Below the pieces are notes generated by a model. It was given only the letters and a program-made list of their open reading frames with translations, did not search any database and was not told the DNA's origin. Below are positions 38,911-49,670 of a stretch of 64,000 nt of DNA, piece after piece. The DNA lies in NCBI GenBank assembly GCA_037146775.1, contig JBAWWL010000005.1, positions 102,241-166,240 of the forward strand. The letters run 5' to 3'. Position 1 is the stretch's first letter. Each line of letters begins with the position of its first letter. The DNA comes from Candidatus Omnitrophota bacterium (GTDB taxonomy: Bacteria; Omnitrophota; Gorgyraeia; Duberdicusellales; 4484-171). A program made the position numbers and the translations under genes.

Positions 38911-40863
38911 TTAGCCGTTTTCTTCAACAAACATTTCTTCGTATACTTCCGGAGGCAGTTCGTGAAAAAACATTGATGGCCGGGAGATAACCAGTCCATT
39001 TTTGAAGGTATATTTTGTTTCCGGATAGGTAATGTAGAGAAACGTTTTTGCCCTCGTCGTTGCGACATAGAAGAGCCGGCGTTCTTCTTCCAGGGCGCTT
39101 GCAGACGCAAGTGCTTTTGGGTGCGGGAACTCATAATCGTTAAAACCGATAATAAAAACTCCCGTCCATTCTAAACCCTTCGCTTGGTGAATAGTAGAGA
39201 GCGTTACGTAGTCATTATTTCCTGGTGCGGAAACCATGGTTTCTCCCTTGAAATTTTCAAACGAACCGAATTCAGCAAGGAACCGCTTGACTGTAGGATA
39301 ATCGGAAGCCATTTTGGCTAACTCTTCCAGGTCAAGAATTCTGTCGTCCGCGTTATCAAAGGTAAGATAGCAGTAATCTTTGTAGAAGGTAAGCACCTTA
39401 CTGATTGTGTCTAGGGGTGAGGAGATTGCTTTTAATTTTTCCATCAGGGAGAAAAATTCACGGCATCCCTGGCGTTGTTTCTGCGGCAAATTCTTTTCGA
39501 GTTGTACGATTCCCAGCCCTTCTTCGGTCAGGCCCTTCCATATTTTATTCGCGTAGCTTCGGCCGATTCCTTTATAGAGCGAGATTGCGCGCTTAAAAGA
39601 GAGTTCATCGCGGGGATTGCTGATAAGTTTAAGATAAGACAAGACATCTTTAATGTGGGCCTGTTCAAAAAAGCGTACGCCTCCGCGCACGATATAGGCG
39701 ATATCTCTTTTTAACAATTCGATTTCTATCTCCAGCACCTGAAAATGAGAGCGGAACAACACCGCGATCTCTTTTAAGGGTATCCCCAGCTCGGATAACT
39801 CCATTATCCGTTGCGCCACAAATTTTGCCTGTAAATATACATCTTTTGTTTTTATGACCAGAGGAATATCGGCAGGCTCTTTAATGGCCTTGAGCGTTTT
39901 AGGAAACTGTTTTGTGTTGTGGGTAATAATTTTGTTAGCTAGCGCAAGTATTTCCGGTGATGAGCGGTAGTTGGTTTCCAGCTTAAAAATTTTTGCTCCC
40001 TCAAAAACCTTCGGAAAGTCTAAAAGATTATTGATTTCTGCTCCCCGAAAAGAATAGATTGATTGCGCGTCATCTCCGACCGCAAGAATATTCTTATGTA
40101 CGAACGAGAGTTTTTTGAGAATCTCAAACTGAATGCGGTTAGTGTCTTGATATTCGTCGACCAGGATGTAGTGGAATCCTTCAGCATATTTCTTGCATAG
40201 TTCTTCATTCTTGAGAACCTTAAGCCAGTTGCTCAAGAGGTCGTTAAAGTCCATAGTGTTTGTTTCTTTCTTCTTGCGCTCAAAATAATGTAGCACTCGT
40301 TTGATCTGAAAAAGATGTTCTTCGATGTGGGGATAGAATTTCAACACAACCTCTTCGATTTCTTTTTGTGAATTTACTGCTAAATCCCATACACTCGAAA
40401 TAACATCTTTTTTCGGAAACAAAGCCTGTTTTCCCGCCAGCCCCAGCTCCTCAAGGCAATCTTCGATAAGATCCTTGGTATCTTCCTTATCAATGATAGT
40501 AAAGTTGGGGGCGTAGCCGAGCGCCTCGGATTCTTTACGTAGAATCATATTACCTACATGATGAAATGTTCCGGCCCATATTCCCTTGAGGGTTGATTGC
40601 AAAAGGTTTTCTGCGCGTTGCATCATTTCTTTGGCTGCTTTATTTGTAAAGGTGACGAGCAGTATCTGTTCCGGCCGCACCCCCCTTTCGAGAAGATACG
40701 CCAACCGGTAAATTAATACCCGCGTTTTCCCGCTGCCTGCCCCGGCTAATACCAGCGAAGGCCCATCGGTTTCCTGTACCGCTTGCAGCTGTTGCGGGTT
40801 GAGGCTTTCGGTGTAATTAATACTTGTAGGCAGAGCAAAATGGTTTAATTTATAGCTTTTCAT
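38911..40863 (-). CDS. UvrD/PcrA-family helicase
   Basis: AGAGSGKT, VDEYQD, GDDAQSIYSFRGA, TIHQAKGLE, EERRLFYVA. Confidence 0.95.
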   Translation of the reverse strand: MKSYKLNHFALPTSINYTESLNPQQLQAVQETDGPSLVLAGAGSGKTRVLIYRLAYLLERGVRPEQILLVTFTNKAAKEMMQRAENLLQSTLKGIWAGTFHHVGNMILRKESEALGYAPNFTIIDKEDTKDLIEDCLEELGLAGKQALFPKKDVISSVWDLAVNSQKEIEEVVLKFYPHIEEHLFQIKRVLHYFERKKKETNTMDFNDLLSNWLKVLKNEELCKKYAEGFHYILVDEYQDTNRIQFEILKKLSFVHKNILAVGDDAQSIYSFRGAEINNLLDFPKVFEGAKIFKLETNYRSSPEILALANKIITHNTKQFPKTLKAIKEPADIPLVIKTKDVYLQAKFVAQRIMELSELGIPLKEIAVLFRSHFQVLEIEIELLKRDIAYIVRGGVRFFEQAHIKDVLSYLKLISNPRDELSFKRAISLYKGIGRSYANKIWKGLTEEGLGIVQLEKNLPQKQRQGCREFFSLMEKLKAISSPLDTISKVLTFYKDYCYLTFDNADDRILDLEELAKMASDYPTVKRFLAEFGSFENFKGETMVSAPGNNDYVTLSTIHQAKGLEWTGVFIIGFNDYEFPHPKALASASALEEERRLFYVATTRAKTFLYITYPETKYTFKNGLVISRPSMFFHELPPEVYEEMFVEENG

Positions 40864-40998
40864 ACCGATTTATCTTATCAGAGATTTTCAAAAAATCCAG
40901 AAACCTTTGTCATTAAGTGGATAAAAAATTTGTTTTAAGATTTCCTCAATGATATAATAAACAACTAATGAAAAACCTCAAACTTATTCAGGAAACTC

Positions 40999-42213
40999 AT
41001 GGTATTTAATATTATTCTTTTCGTCATTCTTATTTCGCTTTCTGCTTTCTTTTCGCTTTCGGAAACGGCAATTTTTTCTTTAAGTAACCTTAAACTGCAC
41101 CGTCTGCAAGAACATTATATGCAGGGAAAAATGGTCAGGCGTCTCCTGCAAAGGCCGACCCGCATGCTTTCTACCATTAACTTCGGCAATATGTTGGTCA
41201 ATATCGGCGTTTCATCGCTTTTTACTACCTTTTTTGTATCGCTCATCGGCGATGAGGGGTTGATTGTGGCAATTTTTGTCAGCGGCATATGCATTCTTTT
41301 TTTAGGGGAAGTATTTCCCAAAACATTTGCGATCTACATGGCCGAACCGCTGTCTCTTGCGTGCGCACCTTTATTGAGTTTCTTTTCGAAACTTTTTTTA
41401 CCGTTCGTGTACCTTATCGAAAAGATAGTTGCTCTCATATCTTCAATGCTTATCCGCCAGCCAAAAAAAGTTTCGTTTACCTTTGAAGAGCTTAAAACCG
41501 CCTTTCTTTTGAGCAGGCATGACGGTCAGATCAGCGCCGGAGAAGAAAAACTTGGCATGAGTGTTTTGGAATTCAAGGATACCTGGGTGAGCCAAATTCT
41601 GAACCCGCGTATCGATATCTATGGTGTTGATTCAAAACTGTCGCAGGAAGAAGTCTTACGGATCTTACGTGAAAAAAAACACTCAAAATTTCCTATATAC
41701 GAAGGTTCCCTGGATAATATTACCGGCATACTCTATGCGAAGGACATATTCGTCAACCCGCATACTGATTATCATACGCTTTTGCATGTGCCTTTATTTA
41801 TACCGGAAAGCAAAAAAATAGACGAGGCATTGAAGCTTTTTCTGGAGAAGAACGAACGTATCGCTATTGTGGTAGACGAATACGGCGGTACACAAGGGCT
41901 TGTCACTTTTGAGGATATTGTGGAAGAGATATTCGGCGAGATCTACGATGAGTTTGAAACGCCCCGTGAAGCCATAGAAAAGATCGATGAGGTTACCTAT
42001 CGATTCGGAGGCCGCGTGCCGGTAAAAAAAATTAATTTAGATTTACGCCTCCAGTTGCCCGAAGAGCAAGATACGGTCGCCGGATTTTTACTGTCGCGCA
42101 TGGATAAGATTCCGCATCCCCAGGATATATTTTATTTTAATAATTTGGAGTTTCTGATTGAGCGTTCGTCGGCAAAACGGATTATCAGCGTTATTTTAAA
42201 AATAAAACGATGA
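40999..42213 (+). CDS. CNNM/HlyC-CorC family protein (DUF21-CBS-CorC)
   Basis: SAFFSLSETA, GEVFPK, VVDEYGG. Confidence 0.92.
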   Translation: MVFNIILFVILISLSAFFSLSETAIFSLSNLKLHRLQEHYMQGKMVRRLLQRPTRMLSTINFGNMLVNIGVSSLFTTFFVSLIGDEGLIVAIFVSGICILFLGEVFPKTFAIYMAEPLSLACAPLLSFFSKLFLPFVYLIEKIVALISSMLIRQPKKVSFTFEELKTAFLLSRHDGQISAGEEKLGMSVLEFKDTWVSQILNPRIDIYGVDSKLSQEEVLRILREKKHSKFPIYEGSLDNITGILYAKDIFVNPHTDYHTLLHVPLFIPESKKIDEALKLFLEKNERIAIVVDEYGGTQGLVTFEDIVEEIFGEIYDEFETPREAIEKIDEVTYRFGGRVPVKKINLDLRLQLPEEQDTVAGFLLSRMDKIPHPQDIFYFNNLEFLIERSSAKRIISVILKIKR

Positions 42214-43169
42214 CGTATCTTTATCTTTTCGGATGTGTGGCGTTTATGGTGTTGCAGGGTTTTTTTGCCGCCATAGAAATCAGCGTGATATCTTCAAGTA
42301 TGTTGAAATTACGCCATCGCCAGGGCAAAGGCGATGCCCGCGCCACGAAAATATACCGGTTGTTAGAAGAGCCAGAAAGATTCCTGGCTACCATCTTGGT
42401 GGGCATTAATTTATCGCTCGTACTAAGTTCTTGCTTTCTTACGTTTGCCCTGATTCATGCGGGGCTGCACAAAAGTAACTTTTGGGCTACGGCTTTTTTT
42501 ACTCCGCTGGTCGTGATATTCAGCGAACTTATTCCGAAAAATATCGGCCGTCATTTCAAAGAAGAGTTTTGTTACATGACAATAGGAATGTTTAGCTTCT
42601 TTGAGGCGCTGCTTTCGCCGGTCGTCAGCAGCATCGAGAAGATGAGTAAATTTTTGATGCGTATATTCATCGGCAACGTGCGCAAGCGTTCTTTGTTTGT
42701 GACGAAAGAAGAGCTTAAGCATTTGTTGAAAGAGATAGAAGAAACCGGTGGCATCGATAAAGGGGAGAAAGCGGCGATAGAAGAATTATTTGCCTGGGAA
42801 AGTAAAAAGATAAAAGCCGCCGCCGTTTCTTTGGAAAAAGTAGTGACTGTTGACTACGCCGATTCGCCGCAGCGTGTTACCGAGGTTATTCAAAAATACA
42901 ATTTTACCCGCTACCCGGTTTTCAAGCAGAAAGAGATTATCGGCTACCTGAATGCATTCGACCTCTTCTATAATCCCGACAAAAACTGGCAGGCGTTTAT
43001 ACGGCCGCTCACGATTGTGGGAGCGAACCAGAAGCTTTACGAAGTTTTTACTACCCTCAAGGCAAAAAAAGAAAATATTGCGCTGGTACTTGAGGGAACC
43101 ACGGTCTATGGAATGGTGACGCTGCAGGATGTGGGTAGAGAAATTATCGCTTCGCTTATAAAAATTTAA
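42210..43169 (+). CDS. CNNM-family protein (DUF21-CBS, no CorC domain)
   Basis: GFFAAIE, SELIPK, TRYPV. Confidence 0.88.
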   Translation: MTYLYLFGCVAFMVLQGFFAAIEISVISSSMLKLRHRQGKGDARATKIYRLLEEPERFLATILVGINLSLVLSSCFLTFALIHAGLHKSNFWATAFFTPLVVIFSELIPKNIGRHFKEEFCYMTIGMFSFFEALLSPVVSSIEKMSKFLMRIFIGNVRKRSLFVTKEELKHLLKEIEETGGIDKGEKAAIEELFAWESKKIKAAAVSLEKVVTVDYADSPQRVTEVIQKYNFTRYPVFKQKEIIGYLNAFDLFYNPDKNWQAFIRPLTIVGANQKLYEVFTTLKAKKENIALVLEGTTVYGMVTLQDVGREIIASLIKI

Positions 43170-43263
43170 TTTCTTCGCAGAAACCACCGGACCTTGGAAT
43201 CCGGGAATGTGCACGGGACATTATCTGTTTCGGGCAGAGACAACAGAAAAGAAACCCCAAGCT

Positions 43264-43869
43264 TTACTTTTGCAGCAGTTTTTTTAACTCTTCCGCTCCG
43301 ATACAGTGGATACCTAATTTGTGTGCCCAAGAGACGAGGCCGTTATCCGAGGTGGCCAAGAGCGCGTCTAATTCTTTGGCAAGTAGCAGTAAATCAAAAT
43401 CTTCCTTGCTGTCGACGATGCCCTCGCGCAATGCGGTACGGTATTCTTCCCGCAAACGCTTGATGATTTCTTCATCTTCCCTTATCTTGTCACCGGACGG
43501 TTTCGCTTGGCCGAGGCTTTCTTTTAGTTCTCTACGGGCATATTTTTCGGCGATTCGCAAGCCCTTGTTGACCCGTAAGCGAAATTCTTCGATAAATTCA
43601 TAAAGAAAGATAGAAGGGATTTGCGTTTGATATGAAGCTGGAGGTTTTTTATTGATGAAAATAGTTTCTTCCAGCGAAGGCTTTGTGTCGATAAATTTAA
43701 GCATTTCCTCGTAGACAGAAGGAGGCATGTAGCAGAGAACATTTTGTTTCTCTTTTAACTGAGCAAGTATTGTGCGCAGCGCGCTTTCGGGAGCATCTCC
43801 AAAAAAAACACGCGAATCGGGATTTACCACCATACTTGTGTCAATAACCACGCGTATTTCTTTTTCCAT
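43264..43869 (-). CDS. RNA-free RNase P (HARP, Aq_880-like PIN protein)
   Basis: IDTS...YMPPSVYEE...RVNKGLRIAE...YRTALREGIVDSKEDFDLLLLAKEL...SDNG. Confidence 0.88.
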   Translation of the reverse strand: MEKEIRVVIDTSMVVNPDSRVFFGDAPESALRTILAQLKEKQNVLCYMPPSVYEEMLKFIDTKPSLEETIFINKKPPASYQTQIPSIFLYEFIEEFRLRVNKGLRIAEKYARRELKESLGQAKPSGDKIREDEEIIKRLREEYRTALREGIVDSKEDFDLLLLAKELDALLATSDNGLVSWAHKLGIHCIGAEELKKLLQK

Positions 43870-43965
43870 AATTTATATTGTAACGTAAAATACGCCAGAG
43901 CGGAAGGAAAAGTTTTCAGTGCGCGTAAATATGCGCGGCAAACGGGAATATTTTTAAAAAAAATC

Positions 43966-43994
43966 TTGATTTAGTCGGTATATGTTGTTAAACT
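43966..43994 (+). promoter_or_regulatory. Putative promoter of the PPIase-tad operon
   Basis: TTGATT-17 nt-TAAACT with extended TG. Confidence 0.5.
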
Positions 43995-44021
43995 TATTAT
44001 TGTAAAGAAGGAGGTAACATA

Positions 44022-44918
44022 ATGAAGAATATACTAAAGGGTTTTTTGGTCATTATTTTTGTTTTTGGGCTAGCCGCATGCGATAAGATTTTCCCTCCCA
44101 AAGATACCGGAAGCGCAGAAAAGGAAACATTAAAGATAAAGGGGCCGCTTCTGGCGCGAGTCAATGAGTGGGTGATTGGTGTCGACGATTTTAAGAATTA
44201 CTTAAACAGTCTTGAACCGTTGGCCAAAAAGACCGGGCTGGACATAAACAGTTCGGAATTTAAAACCAGATTTTTAAGTGATTTGATCAAGGCGCAAATA
44301 CTTGCGCAGATTGCGGTAGATCGCGGCCTTGACAAAGATCCGGATGTTCTCAGGGCTTTACGTGATACCCGCGATACACTTTTAGCCGCGAAAGTAAGGG
44401 ATGATTTGGAGAAGAGGACAGGCGTTTCCTATGCGCAGATACAGGCATTTTACGAGAAGAACAAGAAACTAATCACTAAACCACAGGAAATAAAAATAAG
44501 AGAGATTGCGGTAAACAGCGAAAGTCAGGGGAAAGAGATAAATATCAGAATTTTGCAGGGAGAAAGTTTTGATACGCTCGCCAGGCAATACTCAATTTTA
44601 CCTTCAAAAGATAATGGCGGCGATCGAGGTTGGGTAAGTCCTACGCCAAAGGATATTGAGAACAGCAGAAAATATTGGACCGCCTTGGCGACGCTTGATA
44701 AAGGCAACGTTTCTAATGTGTTCAAGGCAGATGACGGCAATTATTATATTGTTAAGGTGGAAGATGTGCGCGGCGGGCAGGAAGTTCCTCTCGCGGATAT
44801 CGAGAAAGATTTAGAAAAAGCTTTAAAAGCCGAACAGATAGAAACAGAGGAAAACAAGCTTATCGAGAAATTCAAAGGAAAAAACAGAATAGAGAAGAAC
44901 GAAGACTTGATAAGATAG
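44022..44918 (+). CDS. PpiC-type peptidyl-prolyl isomerase lipoprotein
   Basis: Lipobox LAAC; GESFDTLARQYS...NGGDRGW. Confidence 0.88.
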   Translation: MKNILKGFLVIIFVFGLAACDKIFPPKDTGSAEKETLKIKGPLLARVNEWVIGVDDFKNYLNSLEPLAKKTGLDINSSEFKTRFLSDLIKAQILAQIAVDRGLDKDPDVLRALRDTRDTLLAAKVRDDLEKRTGVSYAQIQAFYEKNKKLITKPQEIKIREIAVNSESQGKEINIRILQGESFDTLARQYSILPSKDNGGDRGWVSPTPKDIENSRKYWTALATLDKGNVSNVFKADDGNYYIVKVEDVRGGQEVPLADIEKDLEKALKAEQIETEENKLIEKFKGKNRIEKNEDLIR

Positions 44919-45010
44919 TTTCTTTACGTCTTGAGTTGACCTGTGGTCCGAGTTCGCTTACGTTTGCGCCAATGAGTATCTTCCCGATGGATCGATAAAA
45001 AAGGAGAAAC

Positions 45011-45814
45011 ATGGATAAGCGAATGATAAATTTGATTATCGGCGTGTGTTTTGCGCTTATCGCGATATTTTTAATTCATCGGCAGATGATGCAGAATGAG
45101 GCGCGCATCCAAGAGCTTATTCGCCAGGGTCAAATCGTTGAAGTGGTGATAGCTAAGGATGATATTGCCAAAGAGACGACTATCACCGCCGACATGGTTA
45201 AACTTGAAAGAGTTGCTTCTAAGTCGTTGCAGCCCGGAGATCTTACTTCCCTGGATTCGGTTATAGGAAAGTTTGCGGTCGTAGATATTCTTAAGGGCCA
45301 GCACATTAATAGTGATATGGTAAAACCGCTGTTAAGCGTGCGTTTCCTTTCCGAACGAATCCCTCCCGGTATGCGCGCTATCACTATCACTGTTGATAAG
45401 CTTTCTGCTATCGAAGGCCTGATAAAACCGGAAGACAAGGTCGATATTATAGGGACATTTACGTTCCCTGGCGGCGGTTCGCCCGTCATTATCACGCTTT
45501 TGCAGGGAGTAAAAGTACTTGCCACCAATAAAAATATTTCTCCGTATCGCGCTGAAGGTAAAGCGGATACCATTACTTTGGCGTTAAAGCCGGATGATAT
45601 CAAGATGCTTGCTTATTCCATTGAGATCGGTAAAGTTAGAATGGTATTACGTACGCCGCTTGATACATCCGAGGAGTATGAATATTCTGCGCTTACCTTT
45701 GAAGGGCTTTTGAATAAAATAGGCATGATGCAGAAACCAGTACAGCAGTCTAAGCCACCGACGATAGAAGTGTATAAAGGTTCAAAACAGGAAGAAGTCC
45801 CGGTTATTAAATAA
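45011..45814 (+). CDS. cpaB: Flp pilus assembly protein CpaB
   Basis: SAF domain VVIAKDDI; IPPGMRAITI...GLIKPEDKVDII. Confidence 0.92.
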   Translation: MDKRMINLIIGVCFALIAIFLIHRQMMQNEARIQELIRQGQIVEVVIAKDDIAKETTITADMVKLERVASKSLQPGDLTSLDSVIGKFAVVDILKGQHINSDMVKPLLSVRFLSERIPPGMRAITITVDKLSAIEGLIKPEDKVDIIGTFTFPGGGSPVIITLLQGVKVLATNKNISPYRAEGKADTITLALKPDDIKMLAYSIEIGKVRMVLRTPLDTSEEYEYSALTFEGLLNKIGMMQKPVQQSKPPTIEVYKGSKQEEVPVIK

Positions 45815-45826
45815 CGAGGGAGGAAA

Positions 45827-47431
45827 TTGATGGTTAAACGGCTCGTTGCGGCAATGGGTGTTTGTTTCCTCTGTTTTAGCTGCGCCACTATTTTTTCGCA
45901 AAATATTTTGGATAAATATGACGAAGAGGTTACACTTATCGTCGGCGAAGCCTACGTTATTCCCGTTGCATCCCCTCAGCGTGTCTCTATGCGCAATCCT
46001 GACGTTTCTGATATCGGCAAAGTGAGCGATACGGAAATAGTAATAGTGGCGAAACAGGCCGGAGATACCGCCCTGACGGTATGGGATAAGGAAGGCGAAA
46101 AAGTATTTTATATTACGGTATATGCGCACGATGTAGACCGGATATTCAAGCGCCTGGAAAAACTTATCCGTAAAGATCTGAAAATACCCAATGTGGTGCT
46201 GAAAAAGAATCAAGCGAGCGGTACGGTTATTATAACCGGCGATGTTACCTCCCTCGACAAAGAGCAGATAGATAAAATATTGGAGCCGTTTAAGGAGAAG
46301 GTGGAAAATATTCTCACCGTCAAGAAAGAAACCAAGATGGTTGAGATAGAAGCGCGTATTTTAGAAATAAATAAAACCGAGCTCGATAAATTAGGTGTGC
46401 AATGGATGGAATATATTCAAATACGGCAAGAGCCTTACAAGGCTCCCTCGGCAGATCAAGGCGTTACCACAACGCTAGATCGGCGTAGTGCCTCGGCTAA
46501 TGGGTTTTGGGGTTTTGGAAAATTTTCAAAAGATGCAATCACCGCAAAAATTAATTTACTCATTACCTCGGGGAAAGGAAAAGAATTATCGCGGCCGAAA
46601 CTTTTGTGTTTAAGCGGCGAGGAGGCTAAACTTACCGTTGGCGGCGAGGTACCTTATTTAAGCAGCTCCACCGCTTCTGCGGTAGGTACCACAATCAGTA
46701 TCGCTTACAAAGAATACGGTGTGATTTTAAAAATGCGGCCGATAGTTTCTCTTGATAGCAAAAAAATATTCGCTTCTTTAAGGGCAGAAGTAAGCGCGCT
46801 TGACTGGGAAAACGGCGTAGTGGTTTCCGGCATAAAAATTCCGGCATTCGCTACCCGCGTTGCGGAAACCGTTGTAAATTTACAGTCAGGAGATACTGTT
46901 TTTATCGCAGGCCTTATTAAGAGCAAAGATTCCGAAGGCCTTCAGAAATTTCCTGCATTAGGTAACTTACCTGTTATAGGCAACCTTTTTAGATCAAAAG
47001 AATTTCAGAATAACCAGACGGAACTGGTGATTTCTCTCACGCCCAAGGTCGTGCAGCCGGACGAGAAAGAGGACCTTATGGAAACGACGGAAATTGCCGA
47101 CAAGAAAATTATGGATGTTTACAGCGGTATTATTCCCTCGCAGTTACAGGGTTATATCGTAGAGATTGAAAAAATGATTTCCGGCAACCTTTCTTACCCG
47201 GCATCGCTGATGAATACCGGTTGGGAAGGAATGGTGGTATTGCAGTTGGACATTTTTCATACCGGAGACATAAAGAATGTTAAGGTGTCCAAAACATCCG
47301 GGCACCGTATTTTTGATTCGGACGCAATAAAATTGGTAAAGAGCCTGTCTTTTCCTCCTTTCCCTCCAGATGTCGGCGTTGAGGAATTGAATATAGAAAT
47401 TCCTATAGTGTATCGAGAGAGAAATAAATAG
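45827..47431 (+). CDS. cpaC: Tad secretin CpaC/RcpA with C-terminal TonB_C domain
   Basis: VGGEVP, YKEYGVIL, IAGLI, PALGNLPVIGNLFRS, TELVI; tail YP...GWEGMV...KTSGHRIFD. Confidence 0.9.
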   Translation: MMVKRLVAAMGVCFLCFSCATIFSQNILDKYDEEVTLIVGEAYVIPVASPQRVSMRNPDVSDIGKVSDTEIVIVAKQAGDTALTVWDKEGEKVFYITVYAHDVDRIFKRLEKLIRKDLKIPNVVLKKNQASGTVIITGDVTSLDKEQIDKILEPFKEKVENILTVKKETKMVEIEARILEINKTELDKLGVQWMEYIQIRQEPYKAPSADQGVTTTLDRRSASANGFWGFGKFSKDAITAKINLLITSGKGKELSRPKLLCLSGEEAKLTVGGEVPYLSSSTASAVGTTISIAYKEYGVILKMRPIVSLDSKKIFASLRAEVSALDWENGVVVSGIKIPAFATRVAETVVNLQSGDTVFIAGLIKSKDSEGLQKFPALGNLPVIGNLFRSKEFQNNQTELVISLTPKVVQPDEKEDLMETTEIADKKIMDVYSGIIPSQLQGYIVEIEKMISGNLSYPASLMNTGWEGMVVLQLDIFHTGDIKNVKVSKTSGHRIFDSDAIKLVKSLSFPPFPPDVGVEELNIEIPIVYRERNK

Positions 47432-47486
47432 TAGAACAACATTCTTTTTGTTCGGCCGCTATACTTGAAAAAATAATACTGATCAC

Positions 47487-49652
47487 ATGGAAGCGAAAGT
47501 AATATCTTTTTTTAGTACCAAGGGAGGCGTCGGTAAAACACTTGTTTCGTTAAACGTTGCCGTTCAGCTTGCCATACAGAACAAGCGTGTTTTCCTTTTG
47601 GACCTTGATTTGGGCGCACCTCAGGCCACATCGAAATTGATCGGTGTTGACAGCAAATACTGCCTTTTTAACCTCATCGACTATCTCAAAGAATTCAAAG
47701 AGAAAAAAAGAAAAGTAGATAATTATGCGGTAACGTATCAGAATATAATGTTTTTGCCTTCCATTTTTAAAATGTCTCAAAGAACAGCTTTTACTCCCCA
47801 GGTAGTAAAAGATTTTATCTCGGTTATCTGGGACGATTTCGATTACATCATCATCGATGCGGGCAGTAATCTTACCGATAACCTTATCGCGGCACTGGAA
47901 TGCTCAAACCTTATCAGCTTGATTCTTACCCCGGATATTCTGGCGGTATATCAGACACAGTGGCTTATGGACACGTTACAGAGCTTAGGGTTTCCGCTCA
48001 CCATGATTAAGGTGGTGCTGAACCGTGCCGAAAGCAAAGGCTCTATTACCTGGCAGGAGGTAAAGGCATTGCTCCCGGCTGAGACTATAGCTCTCATCCC
48101 TTCGGAAGGCAGGGCTGCCGGCCTTGCCGTTAACCGCGGAGTGCCGCTGGTACTTGATAGCCCGCAGTGCCGGTTTACTCTCGCTATTCAAAAGCTATCC
48201 AAGGATATTGTCGAACGAAAAGACATGTATATCAGCCACAAAAGCCTTTCCGACGTGCGTCTGGCCAAAGAAAAATTTGAGGGAGGAGAAGAGGCTTTCT
48301 GGCAGCGCGTAGGAGTTATAGAACGCGAAGAGAAAGTGGCGTTGATTGAGGAAGAGGATGAAATTATCCGCTTCAAGAAACAAGTCCACGAAAGGCTTAT
48401 CGAAGAGCTTGATTTGAAACGTCTTCATATTGAAACGTACGCCACGAGTCCTCAGAAAATGAATGAGCTAAGAGCCAAAGCGGAAAAGGTGATTTCTAAT
48501 GTTATCAGCAAGGAAGCGGGTGGTTTTATTTCTGCCACCGAGGTACGCAGGCAAATTACCAAGGATATTCTGGAAGAAGCTCTTGGTTTGGGCCCACTCG
48601 AGGACCTTTTGCGTGATCCTACGATAACCGAAGTAATGGTAAACAATAAAGACCAGATCTACATTGAACGCTTTGGTAAGTTAGAGGTAACCAGCAAAAA
48701 ATTTACCACCAACGAACAAGTGAGGATTGTTGTTGAGCGTATCTTGGCGCCGCTGGGCAGACGTATTGACGAGTCGGTTCCTTACGTGGATGCCCGTCTT
48801 CCCGACGGCTCCCGTGTAAACGCAATTATTCCGCCCCTTTCTCTTACTGGCCCCACTCTGACCATAAGAAAATTTGCCAAACAGCGCTGGGGTATGGAGG
48901 ATTTGATAAACCGTTTCGGAAGCCTTACCCATGATATGGCGCTTTTTCTTGAAGCTGCGGTAAGGTCGCGTAAAAATTCGCTTGTTTCCGGAGGCACCGG
49001 TTCGGGGAAAACTACGTTTTTGAATATCTTGTCTGCCTATATTCCCGACAGTGAACGTATTATTTCTATAGAAGATGCGGCTGAATTGAAATTGCGCCAG
49101 GCTCACTGGATTCGTTTGGAATCCCGTCCGCCCAACATCGAGGGCAGAGGCGAAATTACTATCAGAGATTTATTCAGGAATACGTTGCGTATGAGACCGG
49201 ACAGGATCATCGTCGGTGAAGTGCGAGGCAGGGAAGTGTTGGACATGCTTCAGGCAATGAACACCGGCCATGACGGCAGTATGTCTACTATTCACGCCAA
49301 TTCCACACATGACGTTTTAATCAGGCTTGATAGTATGATTTTGATGAGCGGCGTAGAGTTACCGCTGCGTGCTATTAGAGAACAGGTTTCTTCGGCGATT
49401 AACTTAGTGGTTCATACCGCCCGTCTTTCCGATGGTTCGCGTAAAGTAATAGCTATCACTGAAATCATTGGCATGCTTGATGAGACGCATATTAATATGC
49501 AGGACATATTTGTGTATCGCCAGACCGGTGTAGATAAAGATGGCAATGTTCAGGGGTATTACACACCGCTTGGTTATATTCCCACTTTTTACGATGAAAT
49601 CAGGGCCAGAGGTATTGATTTATCCAGGGAAATATTCGTTCCTAAGGATTAA
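47487..49652 (+). CDS. cpaF: CpaE/TadZ (ParA-like) fused to CpaF/TadA ATPase
   Basis: N-terminal KGGVGKT; C-terminal [29 protein letters not shown]. Confidence 0.92.
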   Translation: MEAKVISFFSTKGGVGKTLVSLNVAVQLAIQNKRVFLLDLDLGAPQATSKLIGVDSKYCLFNLIDYLKEFKEKKRKVDNYAVTYQNIMFLPSIFKMSQRTAFTPQVVKDFISVIWDDFDYIIIDAGSNLTDNLIAALECSNLISLILTPDILAVYQTQWLMDTLQSLGFPLTMIKVVLNRAESKGSITWQEVKALLPAETIALIPSEGRAAGLAVNRGVPLVLDSPQCRFTLAIQKLSKDIVERKDMYISHKSLSDVRLAKEKFEGGEEAFWQRVGVIEREEKVALIEEEDEIIRFKKQVHERLIEELDLKRLHIETYATSPQKMNELRAKAEKVISNVISKEAGGFISATEVRRQITKDILEEALGLGPLEDLLRDPTITEVMVNNKDQIYIERFGKLEVTSKKFTTNEQVRIVVERILAPLGRRIDESVPYVDARLPDGSRVNAIIPPLSLTGPTLTIRKFAKQRWGMEDLINRFGSLTHDMALFLEAAVRSRKNSLVSGGTGSGKTTFLNILSAYIPDSERIISIEDAAELKLRQAHWIRLESRPPNIEGRGEITIRDLFRNTLRMRPDRIIVGEVRGREVLDMLQAMNTGHDGSMSTIHANSTHDVLIRLDSMILMSGVELPLRAIREQVSSAINLVVHTARLSDGSRKVIAITEIIGMLDETHINMQDIFVYRQTGVDKDGNVQGYYTPLGYIPTFYDEIRARGIDLSREIFVPKD

Positions 49653-49670
49653 CTTGTTGTTTGTCTTATT

